Below are positions 1-13,900 of a stretch of DNA of 64,000 bases, piece by piece. Location of the stretch: the NCBI GenBank assembly GCA_964057225.1, contig OZ059897.1, forward strand, positions 13,392,001 to 13,456,000. Reading direction: 5' to 3'. Each line of letters opens with the position of its first letter. Position 1 is the first letter of the stretch. The translations under genes were made by a program, and so were the position numbers. A model generated the notes under the pieces. It searched no databases. It was not told where the DNA came from and worked only from the letters and a program-made list of their open reading frames with translations. The DNA comes from Auanema rhodensis (taxonomy: Eukaryota > Animalia > Nematoda).

Positions 1-197
1 TACTCTTCCTCACTCACACATAAACGAACAGCAAGCAGCTGATTGTAATTGTTCTCATGTTTGTATTTAAACATAAAAATCAACAATAATTATGCTTTGT
101 TGTTTCACTTTGCTGTTATCATTTATTAATTCTGTGTTAAATCATCTATAACATATGTTCTGATCTGTTTTTCAGGTTCATTTCTTATCCGTCACCC

Positions 198-1104
198 ATG
201 CCTACGAATGAGCTCTCCCCCAGGTATATAATTTTATACATAGCAATTCAGATCATCCCTTTTTCATGAACAGCTCAATCGACACATTTTCCAGAAGAAG
301 AGAGAGTCCGTTGTATTCTGCGTGATCTTCGGACTCGTGTAAAAAGTAAAGAAGTACAGGAAGATATAGAAAGACTTGAAAAACTTCTGTCAGATCCTCT
401 ATTTTGTCAATTAAGTCGGAAGGTATGTATGTTCATTTCAAGTTTTGTTTAATGACGAATCACTTCATAAAATCTTTTTCAGTCTGTTGAAAAGCCGGAC
501 GCCTCAAAAAAATCTTTATGTATGTTTTAATTGCTCTTCAAATCCTATAATATTAAGCTTTGAATATTCCAAAAATTAATTTATTTTTAACAAACTTTCT
601 TGTTTTCTTTTAAGTTTTATCGAATTATTATTTTTCAGATAGCTCTGAACTAATCAACTACTTGAAAGAAAAGGTTGAGAAGGAAGTTCAATCAACTTTA
701 AAAGAAAACCAGGTAATATCTTCAGATAATTGTACATTTTTACTCATTCTTATCATATAATCAAATTAAAATTATAAATTACGTCTGATTTTTGATATCT
801 TTTCCTTTTTTTCTTGAAATGCTGTAATGTGCACCTGTTATTTGCAATAGGACGGCCAACTGCACACCTCATGTGTCTGTAAGTCTTCATGTCCACTAAT
901 GTCCGCTAACTGATTTTAGTTATAATAATTAAAAAAAAACAGAACCTCAACTAACTTTTAATTATGAGAATTCTTAACTAATTGTAGTTTTTATTTATAT
1001 CAAAATGCCATCATTATTTTGAACATCTTTACTTGGTAGCTTATTAAGTTAAAAAAAACTGAATATTATTATAGTATTTAAAATATAAGAATAAGATAGA
1101 GAGA

Positions 1105-1191
<87 letters not shown>

Positions 1192-4100
1192 ATATTAAAG
1201 TTGTATTTATGAGAAAAGAGATGAAAAGCAAAATAAAATAAAAAGAAATATATGTATGTACATGAGTCAACCGCTTTTGTCTTACTCTGCTACTGTGAAA
1301 TGGATTTGATAGATGAATGTTAAGCCATTTTCACGTAAGACCTGTCACGTAATATGCTTTGAATAATATTTTTTATTTTCATTTTAAGCAATTGAGATGA
1401 AATTCAAATCGAAAGAAAATTACAAAATGCTGTTCTTCTGTTTTGACGTCTTCTGCTAATCCTTGTTAGGATGAAAGGCAAATGGAAGATTCTACTTCAG
1501 TGTATGACTTTATGTGTGCATTCGATGCTTTTCCATCACAGTTTTCATGAATTGACAATGCTTCATCTTATTCTTCATCTATACCTCGTTTTCTTATCTA
1601 TATCCTTTCTTTTATTTTGCTTTCGTCTCTTTCCTACACCAACACCATTCCTTAGGCGGCGGAACTGTGTTATTCCTCATGACTGACATATGTATTTCGC
1701 ATAGCAATTTCCATCTCAAAATCACTATTCAGTCCAATCAATGCATTTTCAACAAATTAATTCTAGATGTTTGAAGCGACGAGAAAGAAACAAATGTTTC
1801 TATATAATACTTCAGTTTATATATATAGCTTTTATGTATATCGCATAGTATTTAGATCTAGTACTCAATACTTCAAATGCTTATCCATATGCTGCTCTTC
1901 TACTATCGCCTTTTCCTTCTGATTATTATAATATTCTGCTATTCCTGTTTCACAATTTTCATCATGATATTTTGTTCTGTTGCTATTGAGAAAATATAAT
2001 TCCTTTTTTCTGCTATTTTCAGCGGGTGGTATTTGCTGATTTCGATTCTGCTGTACTACGTCCTACTATACTAGAAACTGATAATCCACAGAAAAAACTA
2101 CTTATTGTTGGCCCCAAGGATATCAAATCAAAGTAAGTTCAGTAATTGTACCTACTATATCGTTGATTTATGCGCATTGTTTTCTATTGTTTTATGTTGT
2201 TTTTTGAATATTCTCATTGTTCAACCAACATCATATTTTCATTTTTCTTTTTTTTTGCATTTAGTCTGGTTATTTCCAAATTCTTTTGTGGTCTTCAAAG
2301 ATTTGTGCATTTTTTTGTTTTAACAAATCAGCTATTTTCTTTTGTTTTGTTCTCTTTTCTTCTCAATTTAATACTACTATGTATATGATTTGAAATTGAG
2401 ATTTTTTTTTTTTTATCCTCCTTCTCCTATCATATAAAATTGAATTTGATGTTATATTTGTTGCAAACCATAATGAAACTATGTACAATAATGGATATAA
2501 GTAGTAGATGAGCTACTGATGTATTTCATGGTTTGGCGAACTAGAAAAGCACGCATGGTGAAAGCAAGCGTGAGAGTAGAGTTGTTGTATTCTCCTGATT
2601 GCCTCGTAAATCGTCATTCCCAGCCTAATCACACAGATTCTGCTTTTGTCCGCCGTTGACCTAATTAAGTGAGCATGGAATGCCCACCCGTAACCTCACT
2701 TCTAGTTCTCTCTTTCGTTCTCCTTAACCAAAATTTCTTTATTTCCTCATCCGCCTCACCCCCTCTTTCTCTCTTTCTTGACTAATCTTTTCCTCACTCT
2801 CCATTCTTGAATGTACTTTTCCTATTATCTATCCCAATGATTCAGCATTTTGATTTGGCATCAAATCAATCTTCACTGTCTTTCGTAGATATGAAGATGA
2901 CGATGTTTCCACTCTACTTCTATGAAGTATAAATTAGCATAGCTAGCATCAGATTCTTGTAGTTAAAGAAGAAAAGTCTAAGCGATGATTGCTCTCTTAG
3001 CACTTGCTACCCAATTATTCAAGGCCTTGACTCAGAATAATCGGTTCAGAACGACTTCAATTTTTCTTGTTTCTTCGTTTCTTCTCTTCATTCTTTGCAT
3101 CTCCTTCATCTCCTTACTCTTTTTCTCTAGTTGTCCTTACGTTGACAAAGCGAAAGAACAAGTAGTTTCTGACTCGAATTCTGTCTTCATTTCATCCTCT
3201 TTATCATTGGCCGCATCATTTGCTAGCTCAATATGCATTTCATACTCTACGTCATCACTCATCTTTCCTCGATGTCCTTTGCCGTTTTTGGTCCATGTTT
3301 TTTCCAAGTTTAATTATCTTTATCTCTCGTCATTTACTCATTTTTTGCACTTCCCCACTCAGCTCTTCAGACTAGATGATGATTCCTAAGTCATCAACTC
3401 GACCACCGCCTGTTTCCGTGTATCATTCTCTTTGCTATGACGTCGAACAAACTTTTTTTTAGGTATCCTCCTTTCCTCAATCAATATTATTATTTCAAGT
3501 CTTCCCACAAAAAAAATATTTTAAGTTTTCAAAGAAATATTATGTTGAAACGACAAGATCAAGATCAATATGTTCTCGAGTGTCTTGTCAAACCAAACGG
3601 AGTCTAATCATCGTCTACTCAAAGGCTTTGCTAGAAGTAGTCAAAGATTCTTCCGAGAGTTTCTTACGTATTATGTTATTTTTGTTAAACTCAAATATTA
3701 TTTATTTATTTTTCTTCAGTTTGTTTCATTTTTTCTAGTCGTTCTCTTTCATCATTGCTTCTATTCATGTGAACTTCATACTACTAGCAAGCTGCAACTC
3801 GGTTGGGATTTATATTTTAAAAAAGCTGAGCATATCAATTACCACATGAGCATTATTATTGTTCTGAGAAATTTGTTCATTGCTATACTTCATGCTTTCA
3901 TGGTCATATAGCTAAATCAAGTTGCATATTGCAACTGTCCAGTTGATGTTAGCCTGAGTTCGAAACTCCTAATGATTTCCGTCTGGTCCAACTACACTAG
4001 CTTTTCCAGAAATGATGGAAGAGAAAAAGATAGAGAAAGAGAGAATGAGACATGGCGATGACTAAACTATTTGGAATGCAGCCAAGTTAGTATTGCTGAG

Positions 4101-7100
4101 AAACACTGATTTCTTTCCTAAATTACAATTTTTACTTTCAAATCTGATGATCCTGAACGGCTTGTGACTAATTTCTTCGCATTGCAGTTCCATCGATTTA
4201 CCTAAAATAACTAGACACTTTTGTTTTATTCAGTTTTTCTTTAAAAAAATGTGTCATAACATCTATTTAAGCTGACTATTTTCTTGTTGTTTTTCTCTAT
4301 TTTTGTTAAATTTCTGTTGTTCACACCAACTCAATTGTCCCCTTCATTACCTGGCTACGATCAATATGAAAGCTAGCTGTTTGAAGTCATTTCATTTCTT
4401 CATTTTCATTTTCATATTTTCTTTGGTTTCCCCCCATTTCTTAGTTTTTTTGGGATAAAATGACAACAAACCCAATTCTCGCTGATCTACTGCTAAAGAT
4501 ATACCAGTTAGCTGAATTCTGATGAGAAGCTTATTCAAACGCATTCAAGTTGGTTCCATGTCGTGAACGGCTTCTCGAAATTTATGCGAGATGTGTCAAC
4601 GATTTGTCTGTGGTATACATTTCCTTTTCTTATGCCTACTTACCTCTTCAAGTTCATTTTGTTATTCTCTAGTTTAGCAGTTTTTCCTCTTCATCTCTGC
4701 TTGCTATTATTCAATTAATTATTCAACTTCTACTTCTCTCTCATTTTCTTAACTTTTTTATTTTTCCCTTTTTCATCGTTTGAATCAAGTGAAGCTTATG
4801 TATTAGTTGAGATCTCTAAACCGATAGAAAAAGCGAGGAATAACTCTGAACGACGGCGACGATCCTCTAACGATGTCGTACATGAAGCTTTCAATGGGCT
4901 TGTCAACCGAGAGCACCAAGCAGTAAGCCATCTTTTGCTCCTCTCGGCACCCCATGTGCGTCTCTCTCCGATCATAGCCAATTACTTTCATTACAATTCG
5001 ATTCAATTGAAATATTCCCAATTTGATAATCTTTTTACTTTTCTTCTACACTCCTCTTGTATTTATCTCTCTCCCTCTCTCTCTCTCTCATTGTCTATTC
5101 TTTTTGTTTCTCTCTATGTCTCATTTATTCTCTTTTCATTCTTCTCATTTTACTTCCTTCATTCCAAAATTTGTTAGTTTTCATGTGTTTGCTTCATCAT
5201 AGTTCATATAAAAATATTTCTTACACGCTTAATTAATCTCCAATGAACTTTCACATGCAATACTCTTAGTTCTCTTCTTCTTGAATGAAGCTTGTCCTAA
5301 GCATTTCAAAAAAACGAAGAAAGAGTTAGTTCTTCCTGTTATCGCGATGCATATGAATAGTATGCTGTTTCACTTCTAGCTCAGCTCAACTTCACTTATA
5401 TCAGCTCAGCAGGCTGACACAGCCTCAATATACCTGCCCATTGTTACTCTTGAGTTTAAACAATATTTTTCTTTCTTTTCCTTCCATTATCATACTTGTC
5501 AATAACTATTGTGTAGATTGTAACTTGAATGCGATGAAAGTTTGAATAGATTAACTACTTCCCAGTTAGCTAGAGAAACGCTTGGTTTCATGTAGATTTT
5601 TGTTGCAACGCAGCAAGGATCGCATTTCACTAGTTGTCCGGGAACATACGACCACCTCCACTAGCCAATATCGTCACATTCAGATTATAACAATCAATAT
5701 TTTCTTTAATTTTTATAATAATTTACTGAAAAAGTACATATTTTTTCAAATGTTAGCAATGTGAAATATTGGTGAATATAATATCTAAATAAGCACCATG
5801 CTCGTTTTACAATTGAAGCATTTTCATATTAATTCAAATATATTCTATTGCTTCAAATTCTATTGCTATGTATTTTTTAATTTTTTTTTATTATCTCTAT
5901 ATCTATTGCGTTTTTTTTTTAAAATTTTACTCTACTATACGGGAGAGAAAATAGATTCAATTTATCATTACAAAAAATATATTTGAAATATCATTTGAAG
6001 GACAATCGAGAAAATATATTTTAGGATTCAGAAGTTTAATAGAGTTTTTTCAATTTTTATTTAATTCAAGTTTATTATAATTTATTTAATATATTTTATT
6101 TTTTTATTTTTCTACTTGAACAGACTTATACATATGTATATCTTTCACTATTTTACTAAAATAAATTCTACTCAAAATATTTCGGGCTTTCATGTGCTGC
6201 TTCTGATTGATTTTAGTTTTTTCGTATTGACCTAATAATTTTTTTTCCAGAACATCTGGCCGCATCAGAATCGGTGATCGAATACAGGCCGTAGCCGTAC
6301 GTGATGTGCCGCAGTCTACTCAAAACCCGGCCAGACATAGAACTAGTAGAACAGAAGCGTCAGAATCTGCAACTGAAAAAGATCACAAGGAAGGTGATCT
6401 TCAAAGTCCATCTTCTATCCAAGAATCGAATAATCGTTCACGATCAAGTCAAGACCTTCTGACCGACCAGCCTTCAGCTGAAGACAAAGGCGGAGTCGAA
6501 AGCGGCTTTCACGATCAGTCTGACAGTTTTCTGAAAAGCTCATTAAACGACCTCTCTACTTTGCCTTCTGAAATTCATATTACTTATCAACCAGATAGAG
6601 CATTATTCGAAGGTTTGTGCGAGAAGAATACTTGTGTTGCGATAGCCAGCGTACGTGAACATACAAATATGGTCGTGAGTTTTTAATTTATATTTTATAA
6701 GCTTTTTTATTTATTTTATTATATATACAATATATTATTATATTTTTTTTCTTTTTTTTCTTCAATTATATTAACTTTATGAGTTAATTCAGTTAAAGTA
6801 GTTAAACTGAAAATAAGTTCGAAGTATGAGTACGTCACTATGCATATTATTATGACTATGATTCTGATATAACCTTTCTTATTCCTTTTTGAATTAATTT
6901 TGTTCAATAATCATTTAGAATCATGAAATCCTTTTTTGCTATTACGCTGCTTTTAGCTCAGAGAACAGTAATAAAAGAGAATATATAGAGAGAAAATAAA
7001 ATGAAGTATCAGGAAAAAAAGTGAAAAAATGGAGGAAAAGCAGAGAGAAAATAGAAAGAGAAAAAGAGAAGTAGAGGGAGAGAAAAGGAGACTACATCCT

Positions 7101-10100
7101 GCTGCCTAATGGCTAGCCATTTGTCTATCTGATCCCTTGTCTACCGCAGATTGGGTACGTCAAGAGAAAAGGGTTGAACAATCCTCTTTTGCTTTAAATA
7201 ATAATAAATCTTTTTGAGCATCATTTCGATATTTTTTTCTTTTGAAATTTCAACAAGAACAGAAGATTAAATTAATGATTATTTGACCTTTTTTTCTTGA
7301 AAACAATGATTTATATTGCAGAAAATGCAAAGGAAAAAAAAGTAGAAAAAAAAGTTTTGAAAATCGTATCATATTTGCTTCCTGTGAAATTAGTTCCAGC
7401 GTGAACTATCCCATTTCAAACGAGCAAAGCAGGTGTGCTTAATAGGTTCTGCCACATTGACATCGAAAATATTTATTTTTCTCAAACTTTTCTAGCTTAT
7501 TCGTTAGAGTTTGAGCTTGAGTATGACCAAAGATAAATGTTTATTTAAACAAAAATAACAATAACACATTGGGATCTTAAATCATAGAAATAATGCTCAT
7601 TACTCATCGTCAACTGCTGCACGTGACACCTGTCTTAAATACGCATTTTCAAAACTTAAGTTCAAGGTATTAAATGATCTAAGTTATCAATGATTTTAAC
7701 CAAATTTGACAAGAATTCAAAGAAGCTCGTCCTTACGTTCTTATTCATCGTTTATTCCTGAAACAATTAGTAAGCTGAAGAAGAGTTTTTCTCAGTTTTT
7801 CTCAGTTTTTGTTTTTATTTTATTTTCTTGTAATTATCGAAGCGACAACATACGTTCTATCTTCTGATTCACTTTTCTTTTGCAAAATTGCTTTCATTGC
7901 CTATAAAACTTTTGATTCAATAGTTCCGAATACCTTTAAACGTTTTGTGTTGTATTCTATCAGCGCAGGTGTATAGTTTGAGACTTCAGACAAGAAGCTC
8001 TCGTATTACTTTCATTCTTTCTCCAAGTCTTTTATCTCTTTGTCGCTGTCTCTCAATATCCCTTCAGTTTCGGCATTATCTCGTTTCTTTCTATACATTA
8101 CAAGTCTTTTGCTACTAAATTATTGCTTTTCGAAATCTTTTTTTTTCTTTTTCTTTCAAACTATTTACTGTTATTCTGGAAATGTTTCGAATATCGAAAC
8201 GTCTATTTGAAATAGAACATGACGGTTTTGAACAGAATGTAAGTATTTTCAAAAATTTCAAAAAAAAAAAAAATTTAATGCTTTCACCATCCGGCTGTAC
8301 TTCTTTTTCTCAAAAATTTTATGCATATAACGTAAAAATGGTTAACAGCTGTTAGAAAGGGCATGCGCTCGTTTCGAATATCCTTTGAAACATGCTGATA
8401 AGTTCGATAGAAAAACTAACTTAACTCTAAAATTCATAAACATTATATTATTTATAATAAAAAAAATTGAACATATAATATAATATAACAAAACAGTTAG
8501 GTCTTCTTCAAATATATTTTTCAAAAAAATGATAAAAGAAATTCAGTTTTTAATATTTTAATTCTTGAAATAATATCATTTAATCTATAATTAACAGATA
8601 GTTATGTAAATTATTTTTCAAATTTTTTTATTATTTTGATTATAAAATAATAAGATTCTTTAATGTTTATGTATGTATATCAATTCATAACTATCCAAAA
8701 GCTGCAAATCATACCAATTCAAAATTAGTTTTCCAAATTTTCAAAATAAAACTGTTGGATTAATAATAATTTATAATTGAATTTTTTTAAATACATAATC
8801 ATTAAGATAATAAAATAATTGTTTATATTTTTAAATTTATTAAGTTTTTATAATTAAAATATTAAAAAACAGTAAGAGGTTTATTTTAGAAACCTTAAAT
8901 GAAACATCAAAATTATTTTTTAAAAAATTTGAAAAATTTTGAATATTATATTACAGTAAATATATTTTTAATTTATATGTAATATTTCAGTTATCTGGCG
9001 ATTGGACTCAAGTTGAAATCATACGATTATCAACTGAAAATAGTGGCCTTGGTTTTGGTATTGTAGGTGGAGCTAGTACTGGTGTTGTAGTTAAAACTAT
9101 ACTTCCTGGCAGTCCAGCTGATAAGGTAAATAAGTAATTATTGAATTATGGTTTTTCTGTTTTTAGCCTAATTTAAAAATTTTATTATTTTATTTTTCAA
9201 GGATAAACGCCTTCGACCAGGTGATCATATTTTACAAATAGGAAATGTAAATACTTATGGTATGAGTAGTCAACAGGTTTGTATTATTTTTTTTTCGAAT
9301 TGTATATAAAATACAAATTTTCCAATTTTACTTTATCTGTTGCAACTTCTTAAATAAAATAAGAAATTTAACACTAATAAGTTATTAAGTATACAACATT
9401 GAATTTATAATTTTATATTTAAAATAAGAAAGTTTATAACTTTTCTAATAGATGTGCTTTAGGTGGCAACAATCCTACGGCAGCAGGATACAGTAGTGGA
9501 AATGATTGTAGGCCGTCCAATAAACTATGCTGATAAGCCAGTTGATACTGCAGGTAATATATTCTCAAATTTTATTTTTTCTGATCTTTCTTTCATTTTT
9601 AATATTTAGTATTTATTATTTTATTCCTCATTAACTATATCGGCTGTTAATATTTCACATCAATAATTCCAAAATATGAATTTGCTGAGAAATTGTGGTT
9701 CTGGTGGCTCTGAGCTTCATGATCAAACGAAAATGAAGATATATTGAAAGATTTGGAGAGAATAAGAGAATGATGATGAAGGGAGTGTGTAAATTGAGAA
9801 AAAATATAAAGAAATGAAAGTAAAAAAGATAACAAAGAGGGATAAGAGAGTAAGTGAGATAGAGAGAGTTGTACTCATGGTGAATCATAACGAGTTTCTA
9901 ACTGCTCTGAGGAATTGTGATGAGCTGAAATAGTATGGCATTTCCATAGAGCTGTAGATACATACAACATAGAATTAGAGACCAATTCGACAAAAGAATT
10001 GCAAAGGGAACAGAGTAACAACTCAAGCTCATGAGCGAGCCTTTGTGTGTGCTGGTGCTGATTATCTTATTTGTCATCCATGGCCTCTAGGAAGATGGGA

Positions 10101-10916
10101 CAAATTCAATTGTAAATTCGTCAGACGACCGCTAGCTCCCTGCCATTTCGATTCCGGACGTTATATTCACCGGCAATTTCCTTATATGATTATTGTTATG
10201 AAGCTTAATTTGCGGTCAACAGCAGTAAGAGATTAATTTTTGCTTGAAAAACGTTGTTCTTCTTCCGATTCATGTGTTAAATATATACCTCATAACTATG
10301 TCATTTTTGAACCTTTTTCTGTTTATTGCTTAGTCTTTCGTACGAGACGAATTAAGCAGAATAACAATTTCTGGAAGAAGAACATTGCACAAGCTACAGT
10401 TGCACCTCCAAGCATTTCATTTCCAGCTTGTATTTCGTGTATGCCTTGCTCAAAATGGAGGATAATTGGATATTTTCTGTTGATCACTTTATTCACATAA
10501 TAGAGCTTGTTGCATAAAGTTATTCAGTCAGCTTGCTTCGTTAAGCATCAGACCATCTTGCCTAACCACTATCGTCAACTCTTATTAAACTGGAAATGGT
10601 ATTGATTTCCGTAACGGAAAGATGTTTGTTGTCACCTTTGATCTTTGCCTTCTTTTAACCTCCTTTTCTTTCTTTACTCATATTCGATGTGTTTTTCTAC
10701 ATACATCTGTTTTCTCTATGTGAATATGGGTAACGCATAGCGGAGAGGAGCTGCTAAAGTTTTAAAACAAGCCATCCTCATTGAAGACTACATCAAACAT
10801 AGCTAAATTCTGAAGCATTCATCTGCTAAGGCTTTCAGCTTGGCAAAGCTTCTAATAATACTCTTTCCTATCGAACCTCTTTCTTTTCGAACCACCGTCT
10901 GTCAAATATAAATATA

Positions 10917-10982
<66 letters not shown>

Positions 10983-13900
10983 CATATCTTTTACTTATCC
11001 CGCCTTTGACTCATTTATTCCTTTTATGTTTTCCCGGAGTCCGTACCTTTTATCTTGCTCAGTTCATGAAGCCATTTATGAAAATCAATTCATTTTGCGA
11101 AATGCAACAGAGGCTTCACATCTTCCTTCCCTTTTGACCAAATATGATGTCTGCGATCTTCTCCATCTTCTATGGCATTCTTCTTCCGCTCTCTCTCCCA
11201 TCATCATTTCTTTCATCTCTTTTTAAACCTTTGCTTTTCTCTTTCTTTTTTCTCTCTTTTTAAGATATAAATATATTATATACTATATAGTCTTATCTAA
11301 ATGTATTTGAACAAAGATTTCTATTGGAGAACGATTTAAGGTAAAATATTGGATTTAAACTTCAAAAAATATAAAATATTGTTCAAAGATGAATGAGACA
11401 TAAGTATATACTTATCTATACATTCATATACATAGATAAGAGACATATATTTTACTACTATAGATTATATTTTTTTATTTATCTGTTTGTTTGTTGATAC
11501 GCTATATGTAAAATTTGTCGTATGTATTTTGAGATTGAAGCTGATTAGTTCAGCTTACATCTACTTGATTTGTTTGATGTTTAACGACATGTTGTTTCTA
11601 GAGGCAAACAATTTTTAAACTCATAACAACACTCCAATGAAGTACCTAAATGAAACTTTAAATACTCAAAAAAATATTATTCTATAGTTAATTATATATA
11701 ATCTAGTCATTGATTTCAGATTGTTTTACGATGGCTACACGTTCAGCTTTAAATTCAGCTTTGCTAGAGGAATTTCTTCAGAAGAACCATGCCAAAGCTA
11801 AAAATTCTAATTCGTCCACATTGGATTCATCATTAGCTTCTCCATCTACAAGTCATGATGACGAACCCTTAATGAAAGGTTACTTATTCTCAAAAACAGT
11901 CAAAACTGAGAGCAGATTATTTTTGTTGAAGCAACTATAGTATCGGTTATTTGGATTTTCGAACAAATTTTTTTTTCGATTTTCCAAATGCTCGTCCGAC
12001 TAAATTTCATTTTTTGAATTAATTCCGATAATTGATTTATATTTAGGAATACCTGAAGAAGCAGAAAACGAAATGATAGAAAGAAGTAACGAAAATCTTG
12101 ACATAGCAGAGCCATCTACATCTTCATCTGAAGCTTCAACCAATCAGATGGATCCACTAGAAGATAATCAGCAACTAACAACAACTTCACAAACAACGGC
12201 AAATGAGACAGAACCAAAAAGTTCCAGAAAATCTAGTCAAACTAGTTGCACTTCAAAAGGTGAAAATAAAGATCAACAATTTCAACTTATTTGGAGATAT
12301 AATTGTAACTTTATTAACTTGGTTTAGTGCTTAAACTCTCTTCGTCAACGTCTCAAATGCCTAATGGGTCTTTGCTCAAGTCACCCACTACTCCCACAAC
12401 CTCTAGGATATCACTACGAACTTTACAAGAAATGGTCTCAATTTTATATTTATTGTCAAATTATATTACATTATTCCAGGCTTTAACTGTATTTCTTCGT
12501 GAAAATTGGCAAGATGAACCTTACGAAACAATCGAAGTCGAGTTATTACGAGATCCTGCATTAGGTCTCGGAATAACTGTTGCCGGCTATGTGCATCGGA
12601 AAGGTTTGTGTTTTTGAAATATTTTTAAGAACGGCCTTATTTCTAATATTGTTGTTATATCTTTTCTAAATAATTAATCTTAATTTGCTATATATCAAAT
12701 GAAATATAGTTTAAATGAGAGTAAAACTATTTGTTCATAGCATAGTTCTTGAAATTGTCAATTTTTTTTTAAATTTTCATTGTCAACGTTAGAGAACTTG
12801 AGTAAAAAATTAAAAAAACACACTAAAACTGAAAGATGTAAAGAGCTTCTGATTCTGCTCATTTTTCGCTCTCGCTCTCTCTCTATCTCTATCTATCAAT
12901 TTCTCTCTCTTTTAAGTATATTGGATTTTCTCTCTCATTCTATCCATCTTCCTGTTCCCTCCAACTAACCTTCTTGCTCAGTGCTTCTCCGAGGACGGCA
13001 AAGGGACGAAGTCGATGTGTTGAGTAATTCAATTTGATCGTCAACATCCATATTTTTACTGACTTGTCTCGTCCTCATCTTAAGTCTATACACCTCTTTT
13101 AGATTTCTTTGAAACTTTACTTTAACTTTTGATTCAGTATTTCACAAAATAGTTTTGTTTATTCTCGATTCTTTCTTTTAAAAAATTTAAATATAATGTT
13201 TTTCTTTAGATTTTAAGTGTTTGGTAATACAAACTCCTCTTGTATGCTATAACACAACATGAAAAAGACGATTCTATAGTGTTTCAACAATAAACTTTTT
13301 AAAAAAACTCAATAAAATGCAAAAAAGCTTATATTGAGATCATGAAACCTTTCTTATAACTATTACACACTTTTAATGAATACCCGAATTTCAATTGCAC
13401 ACGGAAAAAATCTATAATATTCACGTAAAAATCATTCATTTTTGTTTCTTAAACTCTGTTGTGCGGTTGTAATCTTCAAAGTATGCTTATAGGTTTTCAG
13501 TTTTTTATTATTTCAGAAGAAATTGGAGGTGTATTTGTTAAGTCTCTGGTACCACGTTCCGCTGCAGCATACAGCCAGAAAATACGGGTTCACGACCTAA
13601 TATTAGAAGTGAGTTTTAAGTTTTATATTGTTTTTTTTTAATATTGTGAATATAATTGTTATAATTTTAACATCAATAAGTGAATATTATTAATAATTAT
13701 TGTTGTTTCTAAGAATCTTTGGAAAATTTTAACGTGAAATATACAATTCAGTATGTAAGGTTATATATATACATATATATAATATATTGAGCGCATGCAT
13801 CTGATGTTATTTTTGCCGAAAATGTGAATTGCTCCGGGCATTTTTCATTCTTTTTTTTCTATTTTCAACTTCCAATTGAACCCATGCTAATTTTGGTCTC

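Noticed and set aside
1945-5375. piRNA Ruby motif CTGTTTCA (near 1945 and 5366)
   Set aside because: Two scattered hits are expected by chance; no cluster
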